Source of the DNA: Klebsormidium nitens | Lineage: Eukaryota; Plantae; Klebsormidiophyceae | Assembly: GCA_000708835.1 (NCBI GenBank) | Contig: DF237215.1 | Location: forward strand, 66,096 to 118,773 | Length of the DNA stretch: 52,678 nt | Direction of reading: 5' to 3' | Shown here: positions 22,425-34,193 of the stretch, piece by piece | Layout: each line of letters begins with the position of its first letter | Position numbering within the stretch: the first letter of the stretch is position 1 | Translations under genes and position numbers: made by a program | The notes under the pieces: model-generated | Told to the model about the DNA's origin: nothing | What the model saw: the letters and a program-made list of their open reading frames with translations, nothing else | Databases searched by the model: none

Positions 22425-25400
22425 ATGGATGCCTTTAATGCAAGGAGCTGGACTTTCTGGATGGGTAGACTCCCTTGCTGCCTCCTCTCCTGCTTCCTGA
22501 TTTTTCTGCAGTCAGCCGTGCTCCTTGCCGGGTTTAGTGTGGCTACTGACAACGGCAAAGTGATCATCCTGGAGGATAGTGTGATTGGAAATATTGGCTC
22601 TTTGGAAGCTCAAGCAGTCATCAAGGCTGGCTTCACTCCTGACATTGTCAATGCCACAGTATGGGCCACCATGACAACTGCACAATTTGAGGCCTACCGT
22701 GGAATCTTGATTGGAGATCCAGGATGTTCTTTGCTTGCAAAAGGTGAGTCCGAGGTTGGAGTTGTGGGATTAAATACCCTGCCTTCTCCATCGGCCAGGT
22801 GTCATATCTGCCTGCTGCAGGTACTTCAATGACGTCATATTGACATGTAATTATGTCCATGGTGCAATTATGCATGATCGTCCCCTCAGGCCAGAGGGCT
22901 TTACTGACCAACCTTTAGCTGGCCCTACTGTTGGCAGCCAGTGCAAAATCTCTGTGAATGCATTGAACTGCCAGCTTGCTTGCCAAAGCTGCTTGGTGAG
23001 TAGTACAATCCTGTTCTCGCAAGATTGCCAGCTGCATCTGCAATTTTGATGAATTACTGACCTGCAAAAGTATAGCCCGTCTTGCTTTTGAAGCTTACGC
23101 ATATGATTGCCGGTTGCAGCTGCCGACTTTCCCCTATATTTCAACTATGGGGAGGCGGCCATAAACAACGCACCCACCTGGATCGCTGCTGTCACTGGAA
23201 ATATCCTCATTGTTGGGACAGACCCAGCCTACCATTACAATGAGGGCAGGACAGGAGCCAAAGTCCTGATTGAGAGTGGCGTTGCCTTTGCAATATCCAG
23301 CTCAATGGGAACGGGGGCCTATATCTGCCTGTCCTGCTCTGGGGGTGCAGGTCCTGATTATGAGAGTTGGCTGAGCAACTTTGGAGGCACGTGGAAGCTC
23401 CGTCAGCCAGACTGTGACTCCACAATCACAATATGTGAGAATCAAAACTTCGAAACTTGTAGGACTCATGAAGATCTTGAGATATGTGAATCAGACTTGT
23501 ATTCTTGTGGAGTCATGCAGTCTTTGAAAGGATGAATGGCCAGGGCTGCAATGCAAACCTTGCATATGGAGCAAGGTCTTTGCTGGATATATCTTCGATG
23601 CAACGCAGGATCCTACCAGTACCTCGGTATTGCCTCTGTTTGCTTTGGCATCTCCAGTAAACAGATTAGAGTGTCCCTGATTCAGCAGTGACAAGCATGT
23701 CGACTATTTCTTACAGTGGCCACTCATCCAGCCCTTTCCAACCTCACAAGCGCCGACCTATCCGACTGGCAGTGCTCCTCCCACGAGACCTTCGAATCCT
23801 TCAACACAGAAAGGTTCTTGCCACTGGCAAAAGCCAGCGACAATGATCTGCCCTACATTGTTGCCAGTGGACAAAATCTCGCTGCAATCAGTCCCCCGTT
23901 TCCACCTCAACTCCAGCCCCCTCCACCTTACCCCCCACTCTTCAATCCTCCACCACTTGGCTCTTTCCCTCCTGCAAGTTTACCCCCTCCGTCTACCACC
24001 TCTGCCTCGAGTACGAATGGTGAGTAGGAAGTGGGAAGTCTTGAACTGCACAACATGCTGCTCTTTGCGTTGTATTCTGCTTGCTTACAAGTCACCTCAA
24101 GTTGATACTGGAAACGTATAACACACTGCCTCCAGCTTTCATTGATAGGCATTGGTTGAAGCTTGACTATTTACCAGTACGTGTAAGATCGAGATTAAAC
24201 TGCCCTTTTGAGCTGTTGTTTCTTTGTTCCTTGCCAGCTCTTGAGCGTTGCAACGTCCCCTGTGACCCTTACTCCAGCCTTCCTAACCGCTGCTGTGATG
24301 CTGAGGGCCTTCTTGGCATATGCTGCCCTGGCGCTTGTGGAAATACGGTGGCCTTATCAGGAGGGGGGTCAGTTGCTACTTGTTTGGGCCCTGGTGGGGC
24401 CTCCCCTATCAATTATCCTTCGACAAGTCCAAGCATTCCGCCACTAAACCCGACAGAGTCCCCTTCCCCAAGCGGGACGCCTGCTCCAACAGTGAGGAGT
24501 AAGTCAAGTACTGGTCGCAATGCTTCTGAGTTTGAAGTCTGAATAGAGGGCTATTTAAGGTTCAACTTCGTGCTACTGCACCATCTTCTTTCAGCATTGT
24601 ATTGTGCTCGCGCACTGTGTTTGGAGCGTGTGTTTGGAGCAGAACATTACTAAGAATCTATGAAACCCATTTCGAGTCATCATTACATGGTATCGATCTG
24701 GAACGCTTTGTCTGCACAGGTGAACTCCAGCGCTGCAGTGATCTGTGCCCTGACGCCAATTTCCCTAATCGTTGTTGCGATGCCGTTGGACTCTCAGCTG
24801 TATGCTGCCCCGCCCAATGCGGTGATATCGTCTCTTTGCCGGGAGGAGGGTCCGTTGCAACGTGCCAGGGCTTGGGAGGGACCGTCCCAACCTTGACATC
24901 CCAACCACTTATACCGACTCCTTCGAACACCCGTGGCACAGATGGGCCAATTCTTTTTCCATTTCAATTTTGCGACCCAGATTCCGACTTTCCAAATCGG
25001 GTGAGTTGCTTACTTTTATGACTAGGTGATTGATGTCGAGACGAGTTCAAACCGAGACTTTCCAGGCTCTCAGTGTCGGCGTTTTCCTCATCGCCAAACC
25101 CTGACGCTTCTTGATTGTCTAGAGAAAAGCACACCAATCAATCTTTCTGGGGACGTTCTTAGCGTCGATATGACCAGATCTACTGCATGCCACCATGACG
25201 TCTTGAAGAAAGTCGGTTCGAAAAGAATGTAACTGATGCCGATGAAAACAAGGGATTTGCCTTCCGTCCAAGAAAACAAAGCTTTGTAGACCATCGTGAA
25301 GCCACAACTTCTCCATAAATTTATCAATCATCTTCATGCAGCCCAGTCCCTTTCTGCGGCAGCAATAAGCTTCTGAAGCTCGTTGCCTAAGGGGTTCGGC

Positions 25401-28400
25401 TATTTGTCCAGAAGTTTCTAGAACCATGCAACTGACTCTCGTTGGACATCTTGAAACACATGTACATCGTCTGTTGAAAGGGATCTGTTCATTCATTGAA
25501 GACGTTGGAAGTCTCAGAGCTTTGGCATGGCAATTTCTAGTCTAACCAGGCGTCAATCTCCGAACTGGCCACGACGCCACCATTCATACCAGTGCCTAAC
25601 TAGACTGGTATCCTCCTTTTTGCAGTGCTATAACGTAGACGGCTCCAGCTTTACCTGTTGTGGCCAGGAAAGCTGCCGCACAGGTCCCGCCAGTGCTATT
25701 CCTCTCTGCGCTAACGGCCTTCCCGGAGTGACACCTACCCAAGCGCCCGGTATCCCCAGTCCGAGCCCCAGTACGACAAGCTCAACCCCCAGCACTACGA
25801 GCCCACTAACCCCGAGCCCAACACCCGGCACCCCCGAGCCGAGCGCAACTTCTTCTAGCACTCCAAGCCCGACCCCAAGCACTACCAGTCCAACGCCCAG
25901 CATGACAGTACCGAGCCCAACGCCAAGCACCCCAAGCCCCACGACCAGCAGTCCAAGCCCGACCCCAAGCACACCGAACCCCGTTTCGAGCACCACAGCC
26001 CCGACTACCAGCACACCCACTCCTTCCCCGAGCACTACTCCGAGCACTCCGGGCCCCACTTCAAGCACCCCGAGCCCAACTCCCAGCACTCCTAGCACTC
26101 CGAGCCCGACCCCAGGCACTCCCAGTCCAACTTCCAGCACTTCGAATCCCACGCCAAGCCCCCCGAGCCCAGTCCCAAGCACCCCGAGCCCCACGACCAG
26201 CACCCCGAGTCCGACCTCAAGCACCCCGAGCCCACTTCCGAGCACAACAGCCCCCATTACAAGCACACCGACCCCTTCTCCGAGGACTACTTCGAGCACT
26301 CCGAGCCCAACGCCAGGCACAACAGCCCCCACTACCAGCACACCGACCCCTTCTCTGAGCACTCCGAGCCCATCGCCGAGCACACCAAGCCCGGCCACAG
26401 GCACTCCGAGCCCAGTCCCAAGCACCCCAAGCGCCACGACCAGCACACCGAGTCCGACCCCAAGCACACCGAGCCCCATCCCCAGCACAACAGCGCCCAC
26501 TACCAACACCCCCACTCCTTCGCCAATCACACCCAGCCCTACGCCGAGTACACCGAGCCCAAAGCCAAGTACACCGGCTCCCAGCCCCACTACACCGAGC
26601 CCTACTTCGACAAGCGCAACAGGTAAGATATGACGACTTGTTCGTAGTGCAGACTACCATTCGATTGATCGAAATCCGTACTCAATTTGTCTCGTGATTG
26701 GTCAGGTTGCATTCGAATCAACTTGAAGCCAGCCTTGCAATGGCGTTTGATCATTGATTCGATCTGGTTGCGCTGATTTACAGTAGTAGCCCTCGTAGTA
26801 GCAAGATAAATCGGTTTGAGCAGTTCCAATAACACGATATCGAAACGGGAAGATGTGCCAATGCTCGTCTATCCGAGACTGAATTCAGATGTCAGATGAG
26901 TTGATTAGAAGCGGTTTGAGATATTTGCTAAATCGATCTCGAAGCTCCTATGTTGATACACAGCTAGCGGCCACCGTGTATCCACGAGCAGTTGCTGAGC
27001 ATTTATAGTTCGTGGCGAGTCGTTAGAAACAGATTGGAGTGCCCACTTGTCTGAGGAGGTTTTCAACTTTCATATGATTGTGATTCGTGTCTGTTGCCCA
27101 CAGTCCCGTGTACAAGCCCCTTACAGCCCCAAGCATCACTCAGAAGGAGAGTGCTGGTGGTATTATCCAGAGTATTCAAGGAGACGGCTATTGTGGTCTG
27201 TCAGACACCGTACCCGCGGATATCCCACCAGAGTATTTCGACGTCTCTTATGCCATCGACTTTTACGGGAGAAATGTCGATGATGCCGCGCCAGGGGAGG
27301 TTTTCAGCTACACAGTGAAGGTGTCGGGGCCCTATTTCGAGGCTCTTCTCGAGGTGAACTCGGTGACAAATGTTATCACGTTCCAAGTGGAGGGGGCTAC
27401 GGTCCAGATCGATGCCACTACCGGCGATATCCTGGATCAACGCGACGCACCGGCATCGGCTGAAAGCGGCGGACGCAAATTGCTGGCTGAGAGCAAAGAA
27501 CTTTCGCCACCCTGCGCAAAGAGGGAGGCAACATGCACCGGGGTGACGTCGTTCCAGACAGCGACGCTTTGCCAGGGTATCACTAAGACGTCTCTCTTGA
27601 AAACGGCCTGCGCCAAGGTTGCAAGCTTCTTTCGATCGAGAGTGCCGAAGTTGCCCCCGACAATCCTGGATAACTTGTGCAGCTTTTTGGTGGACACAAC
27701 AAAAAAAGGATGTGAGAAAGCAATCGACTGTGAGACGTACGGGCTAGGGTGAGCGTTTTTACTGCCTGTACTAGTCATTTCCAATCGTAACTCGTAGCCT
27801 AGTTCTGCATGTCCAGACTCCAGACAAAACCTTCTGAGCATTGACCCTTCTTCAGAGCTGACCGTATCGGTCAGATCCGCATAGTAGTGCAGCTGGGGGT
27901 CTTCAAGCTGTGGAGTTTCTTTTGGTCACGTGCATCTCTGCGAAGGTCGACCCTGACACCTGATCAAAGTTTGGTTCTTGAAGAGCCTTTCTTTCGGTTG
28001 GATGTGCGAGTTCTTTCTAGAACCCGTTTACTGATCATCAATCTGCTCCATCTAGTAATGGAGCGGACTCAGGGGACTCGAGAGACGTGCGTGGTTTCGT
28101 CTTTGCTCAAGAAAGACAAACTTGCGCTGGTTTATCCATACTACTTGAACTTGAAGTACTCGCATGAAGCTTTCCGAAACAATCTGGCTGTTGAGAACTG
28201 CTTATATCAAGTCTGCCGTTGTGGTCTTGTCGACTGATTGTTCTTGATCTTCGTGTCTGCAGGACTTGTTGCAACTTTACACATTCATGTGCCGACTTCG
28301 ATTTCACATTCTCGGGGTCCTTCGACCAGTGCTTGATTGATTGCGTACAGATTGCCACTGATTGCTGCACAAGCGTCCCACTGCCTCCTGTCGCGGTTCA

Positions 28401-28452
28401 GATATGCATTAACATCAACTACAGTGCTTGTACACCTGAATGCGTTTGTTAA
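22425..28452 (+). CDS. Large secreted modular protein: signal peptide, bacterial-like unknown domain, poly-Pro linker, 3 Cys modules, ~290-aa Ser/Pro/Thr stalk, acidic domain, RKLL, 18-Cys tail; exons 22425-22743, 23120-23434, 23717-24019, 24238-24498, 24720-25000, 25626-26622, 27127-27748, 28263-28452, ~1095 aa
   Basis: Hydrophobic [18 protein letters not shown]. All eight exons join with GT-AG sites in phases 1,1,1,1,0,1,2 and form one open frame ending CTPECVC*. Confidence 0.8.
25735..26622 (+). repeat. Coding Ser/Pro/Thr repeat (PSTPSPT..) with higher-order STTAP(T/I)T(S/N)TPTPS units
   Basis: Translation of exon 6 of the gene at 22425-28452. Confidence 0.9.
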
Positions 28453-29674
28453 ATCCGTTTAAAGGAACGGCCGGGACTGTAGTTCAGAAGCAAGTGTGAT
28501 TAATAAGGGGGTTTCGGTCGCGTATACGTACGATTATGTATTTGCTGGCGGCCCGTTCTACTCTGGGTTTGTAAATTTTGCATCAGTGTTTAACGTGAAA
28601 TTTATCAGACAATATTTAGAAGAACACAACCTCATAGGCAAATAGATGGTTCATCGCATTGGACAATAAGACGCAGATTGCCCGTCAGATTGTCTTCCCG
28701 GCCACTCGCTGGAGTATTGAGCATATTCTATCATGACGCCTAGGACCTTGAGATCTGACACACGAGCTGACGTCATTGCGACTGCCACTCAAACCGACAA
28801 GCCAAATGCAAACGGTGACCGCGCCACGCGAGCTCAAACGGGCAATATCCAGTTCGTTCAATGGTACTCGATCAATGATGTGTAGCGCGCGCGCGGTCCC
28901 AACGCACATTGCTCCGAGGCTCAGATATTCAAGCGAAAAACGGGCGCGCTCTTTCAAAATGCAACTCTCGATCGATTGGCTAAGGTTGAAGACAGATCGA
29001 CCTCGCATCCAACGCTTGTTAACGGGGGAAGCTACTAGCGTCTGGAACGTACTAATTAATGATTTAATATGCAGCCTTTTGCAATCTAAATTAACCTGTT
29101 GCTGGTTGGGGATGCAAAAACGATTACGGGTAGTGAAACATATAACAACAATAGCCGAAAAATCCATGATCGCCGAACAACCTCCGACCTTAAACAACTT
29201 CATGAATTGCCCACATCATTCGTCTTGATGTTACTGCGCACAAGCATTCAGTTGGACTGGTCGAAGGAACACAAGCGTTGAATGTCAAACTAAGCTCTCT
29301 ACCCTGCATCGGTCTTTCAGCTTTGCTAGCTTTGCGTATACTACCTCTAGCTACGACTTGCATGAATGATGGCTAGAGAGCGTGATTATGGGCTAATTAC
29401 ACACAAAATGTACGATCATCTGGCTACGTTCTTACAATTGGCTCTACCTAAGAGCCTACGCCGCTCCTTATTGTCACGTATATACTTCACCCTAAAACGT
29501 GCAGTGACATTGGCCCACCGGTCACCTTGTCCAGTACTATTCCCTTTGACTTCTAAGTATACACATCTAATCAGATACTCTTGCACAACTTGATCCACGA
29601 CACCACCCCTCTGGCCGAGTATCTTAAAGGCACGTATGCCACGCCGCTGCTGCGACCTGTGGTCTTAGGAGGAC

Positions 29675-32600
29675 CTATCGGTCTTTGACCGTTGCTACCT
29701 TGGAACGCATGATCAAGAAGCAGACCCTGCAGGATTGACCAGTTGCGGCAATCAGGATGCGAAACTTCCAGAACGCGGACGGGTTGAAAGGGACAGCAGA
29801 AACCTGTCCACCTCAACCCACCCCGGTATGCAGAAATGAGCTCTGATGGTCGATAATCGTCCGACGTCTGATATGCGATCGGTAAGTCGGAATGAGCAGA
29901 AAAGCGCAACCGATCACAGAAGCTCTACAGGATCGAGGTGAAGGACCCGACGGAAATCTTCTTAAAGAGAGCCACAAAGTGCTTCGGTCTTTTCGGGTTG
30001 ACCGCCTTGAACTTTTGGAGTCGAGCTAGATGAAGCACGTCATCAGCATTGGATGTCCTGACAATTCTGGAAAGACTGGGCAAGGCAAGTCTACGGCCTT
30101 CCCCTTTACATCCGTCTACTTTGTCGCAACATTGAGCTAAGTGCAGCGGATCTAGTACGGACCTAAGGGCCCAACACTCAACCGCCCGAGGACTGCTGTT
30201 CCTCTAAAGTCAGTCGGGTTCTTCAGGACTTGAGAGCTCACCAGAAGATTGAGAGCACGTTGGCGAAGAGGACGCGCAGCTGCGGGGGCAGGAAACTGTA
30301 GTTGATGAACGCGACGAGCGGCCACAGCTGCGAGGCGACAGAGAAGGCTCAGCTGGTATCAAATCTGGCTGAGATATCCGGAGTCATCGGTCATCAAGAT
30401 CAACGAGGTGGCTTCAAATAAGATCACCACAATCGTCGTCTATCGGACAGGACAAAGAAGTGCTGAAATGTCTTCAGTCGCCTGCTGCCAGACGGTTCAG
30501 ACGGTCTTGAAAGGCTGAACTCCTGTAGCGTCGAGTTAGCGAAGCCAACCACAGTCCTCCACAGATCCCTGCTTTTCTTGCTATCTTCGGTTCTTTCGTC
30601 ATGACCGCGACCGACTTTTCCAGAGAGAGTCGCTTCCCGATCTGCCAGGACCGCCAAAGAACTGGCCAAAGGGTTGGTGCTTTGGAGAGAAGACAACACA
30701 GTGCAGCGGACCTACTGTTGAACACTTCTAGCTTCGCCTCCAATAACAGACTCGTATCAAGCGGTCCCACATCGGTAAACTACAAACACCTGAAGTCCTT
30801 GACGGGCAAGTGGGTTCTTACATTTAGAAAAAAGGCATTGATAAGCGGCCATGATAGATTGCTGTCTACCGAGACATCACTCGACTGCAAGACATCCCTG
30901 TAGCTCCCTTCCTTTTTGAGACACCCTATTTTTCTTACAAGCATGACAAAGCCTTGAGGAACGATGAAATAGGAACTCGGACGGAGCTTCTTGGGTGACG
31001 TCAAAAGATGGCAAGGCGGTGATCCGACAAAATGGCGATTACCCAAAGTTCCGAAACACCTTTCGGGGTAGCTTTTAGTAACCGACTCGAAAGAGGACAA
31101 CACGTGTCGGAAGTAATGGACTAGCGGTGCAACTCCGGCAAACCTGCGCTATGCCTCCACTTACTGTTGCGCCCGTATGTGAAGTGTTCAGATCGCACGC
31201 CTTTCTTAGACGAAGTGACATCAAGATCGGCTTCAAGCGAAAAGGCGGTAGGTCGCAAAACCGCCAACGTGGCAACTGACCCTAAGCTTGGGTAGTCAAG
31301 TTTGATATTGGCCAGGCTGAAATATCAGAGAAGCACTGCTGTGAGGAAGCACGTGGCCAGTCCGGGTTGACTTCAAACTCCTCAAATTTTCATCTCAATC
31401 CTTTCACGAGGCGAAGGCCTCGCTTACCTTCCAGCCCTGCTTCTGAACGCCCCAGTAATCTCTCCGCACTTTTGCCTTGGTCGCGGCCCAGGTCAGACCT
31501 GCAGAAATGGGATCGTCGTTCTCTGTGGTCAACAGACTGACCGTTGACACTTGAGATCCAACAGCGGCAGGATGTCGGCTTCTCTGGACTCTTGGAAGAA
31601 TGCGGTTCCTAACCAGGAGAAGAACAGAACGCGCCTATACGGAACAGAGAATGACAACTTGGGCAAGAACAGACTCGACTTGATTGCCCTTAGTCGAGAA
31701 ATCAAACAATCGGTACTCTCGTAGCAAAGAACGGTGTCCTAGCTCTGTTGGACCATCGGACCCATTCGATACACAAGGGTGTATGTACAAGAGCTTCAGT
31801 GTACGAGATATTGAGGTTCTAGCTTACGAGCCTCGGATGATTCAGCTAAGGCCTAGGTATCCGATTCAACAGACAAACGGCAGTGTCGTCATGTGTCACA
31901 GGATGTCACAAGCATTTCTCATTTCTCAATTTCCTGCATTTACGTAAACCATGATTGCAACAAGTTAACAGAAAGCCGTTTACAAAACGAGATTGACATG
32001 TTTTAGAACCAGGGCTGCGCCAAAGTTGAGCCCTTCTACTGAGCCCTTCTACCAGTGAATCGTTCTAGAATGTTGCAAGGGGCTCCACACAAACCCTGTA
32101 AGAATGACAAAACGCTCTCAAACGAAGAAGGCCGTACCAGTAGACGTCATCCACATGGCTGGGTATCTCAAAAGTGTGTCCGCTTCAAGAACGACCCCAC
32201 AGCAATCCTTCAATTATCAACGATTGAGGCTGGGTACCTAAACAGCATCAATTTCCCAAACCAGAGTATCTCATTACAGGTACAGAAGGAGGCCTCCTCC
32301 CTTACCTTCGACCACGTACGCCCGGTACGTCAGGATTGCGAGGTTGTACATGACGCCAAAGGTGAGCTGCTCAACCACGACCTTTTGGATGACGGTGGAC
32401 GGGTCCGTTTTTGCACCAAAGACCCGGTCCATGATCTTGTGGAAAAAATGGTATGTCGGACCGCCGAAGCACAGCCCGTAAACCTGAGGAGGGTCAGCTG
32501 AAAGTGGTCACTTCTGAAAGGACGGAACATGGGACAATGCCAATGTCAACTCATGCACACAGGGGAGACAAGGCTTCTGTGTTGCCAAATGTTGGCAGAT

Positions 32601-33464
32601 GATACTGTTCACGGCAATAACTACCCGCCAGCCAGCTAGCTGGGGCACTGCCCAGATCCCGGACTCAAGCACGTCTTTCAGGTTCCACATTGATGGCAGT
32701 ATCTGAATGAAATTTACCAGGTTCTGCGCAGTCCGCCTTGTGGTGGGTCAAAACCCATACAAGCTTTTTATGGACTCAGAAGCAGTTGGGTGCTGGACCA
32801 GCTGCCAAGTTACCAACACTGTCTCAGCTTACTACCTGGAACAGATCGTAGAACCAGGCTGATAAAAGGTAAAAGGCTGGTGGTCCCCAAATCAAGAAAA
32901 AACACTCGCAAACGCAAAACCTTGGCAGCTTTCTGCGAACTAGACCAGCATCGTTTTGGTGATACCAAGATCAATGTTTAGATGATGAGACATCTTTGCA
33001 AAAGAGATTGGTCTCGCAGCTCACCGCCATGAGGGCACTCTTCTTGGGCTGCAGATGCTTTGCGCCCCCCATCTTCTGTGCCAGGACATCAGCTACCGCT
33101 GCTAGCGTGCCTGATGTTATCGCCTGAGGGCATTGAGGAGCACATGATGTCAGGAGTTCATCAATGTAAACACCCAGCTGGGGTGTGTTGATCCTCAAAA
33201 GAAGAGCCAATCTGCCGCAATTACATTCTGTGAGTAGAGTCAGTCTATGAAATATGACGATGGTGGATCGATGATTATCTGCAATCAAGCTACTAATACT
33301 CATGTGAAACAGGACACCTGCTTTGAGATCAGAAAATCAACGACTTGTGCCCCACGCTTATACTGCATGCACCGGCATTGCTTGTCACTTACCTTCGTGA
33401 TCAAGGGCCGCTTGCCCAAAGAATGCAAGTATCGCTGCCAGGCGACCACCAAAAGCGTCCCCAT
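29675..33464 (-). CDS. PMP22: PMP22/PXMP2/Mpv17-family membrane protein; exons 33464-33393, 33123-33025, 32483-32306, 31498-31428, 30327-30242, 29726-29675, 185 aa
   Basis: WQRYLHSLGKRPLITK|AITSGTLAAVADVLAQKM..|VYGLCFGGPTYHFFHKIMDRVF..TVIQKVVVEQLTF..|GLTW..YWGVQKQGWK|LWPLVAFINYSFLPPQLRVLFANVLSIFW|VCFL. Exons total 558 nt in frame; most are not in the ORF track. Confidence 0.88.
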
Positions 33465-34193
33465 AATTGATTCCCGCAATGCTATTCGCCAACACACAAA
33501 AATTGGTGAGGAAACTGGAAGCTCTGGCAATTGTTCGTTTGCACGCAGGCAAGCAGAGAGAAAAGTGTACAATTAGTAGCCAGTTTTACCCAGATGCTAA
33601 TGAGCAGCACCTCTAGCAACCAGAACCGTGCGACAGCCGCCCGTCTTCCTCCAAGCTAGGCTTTTCTTCAAGGCTTGCATGCTCTTGCCAGTGTTGGTCA
33701 GCTTGCGAGGTCGGCCTGCTTTGACACATACAGCGGCAATCTTTTCTAGAGGACAATTGGAAATAAATACAATTGAGGTGGAAATGCAGAGAGCCGGTTG
33801 AGAAGCTGACGGTTGACGGTCATATGGCTCTGCTTAGAGCAGATCGCGTTACGCTGCTGCTATTTATTGACGGAACGTTACAATCTTTGCGAGCGCTTGC
33901 CCTACAGTCTCGCAGAATCTTGCGGGACAAGACGGCACCGCCCAGCGTGACGGTGCTCACGATTGTTGCGGTAGTGTTTATTTTCCACGATTAGTTTGCA
34001 GTTTGCAAAGTATTTTGGACGAATATGGCAGAAAAAGGGCAGAATGAGGGAAGAAAATGCCGTCTGTCAACATGAAGGTGTGAGGAAGCAAGGGGGAAGG
34101 GCAGGGCCGCTTGCTTGCAAGCTTTCCAGGCCATGTCAGGCCAAGTGAAAGGGTGAACCACAATTTTAACCCGGAACCGGTTGCCATCGCAGG
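33465..34193. promoter_or_regulatory. Short divergent intergenic region between PMP22 and the CCDC57-like gene
   Basis: Head-to-head ATGs at 33464 (-) and 34194 (+). Function is inferred. Confidence 0.35.

Noticed and set aside
25628-26590. 320-aa GLGV-rich elastin/silk-like ORF on the - strand
   Set aside because: It is the antisense shadow of the S/P/T repeat exon, which has phase-consistent splice sites on the + strand.
32508-32690. Intronic ORF segment WAVPQLAGWR resembling PMP22 exon 4
   Set aside because: Similarity is weak, with little nucleotide identity and the wrong order, so chance is likely.
29500-33000. Degenerate LTR retrotransposon suggested by many short ORFs
   Set aside because: No RT, RNase H or integrase motifs were found. 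The region resolves into a six-exon PMP22 gene.
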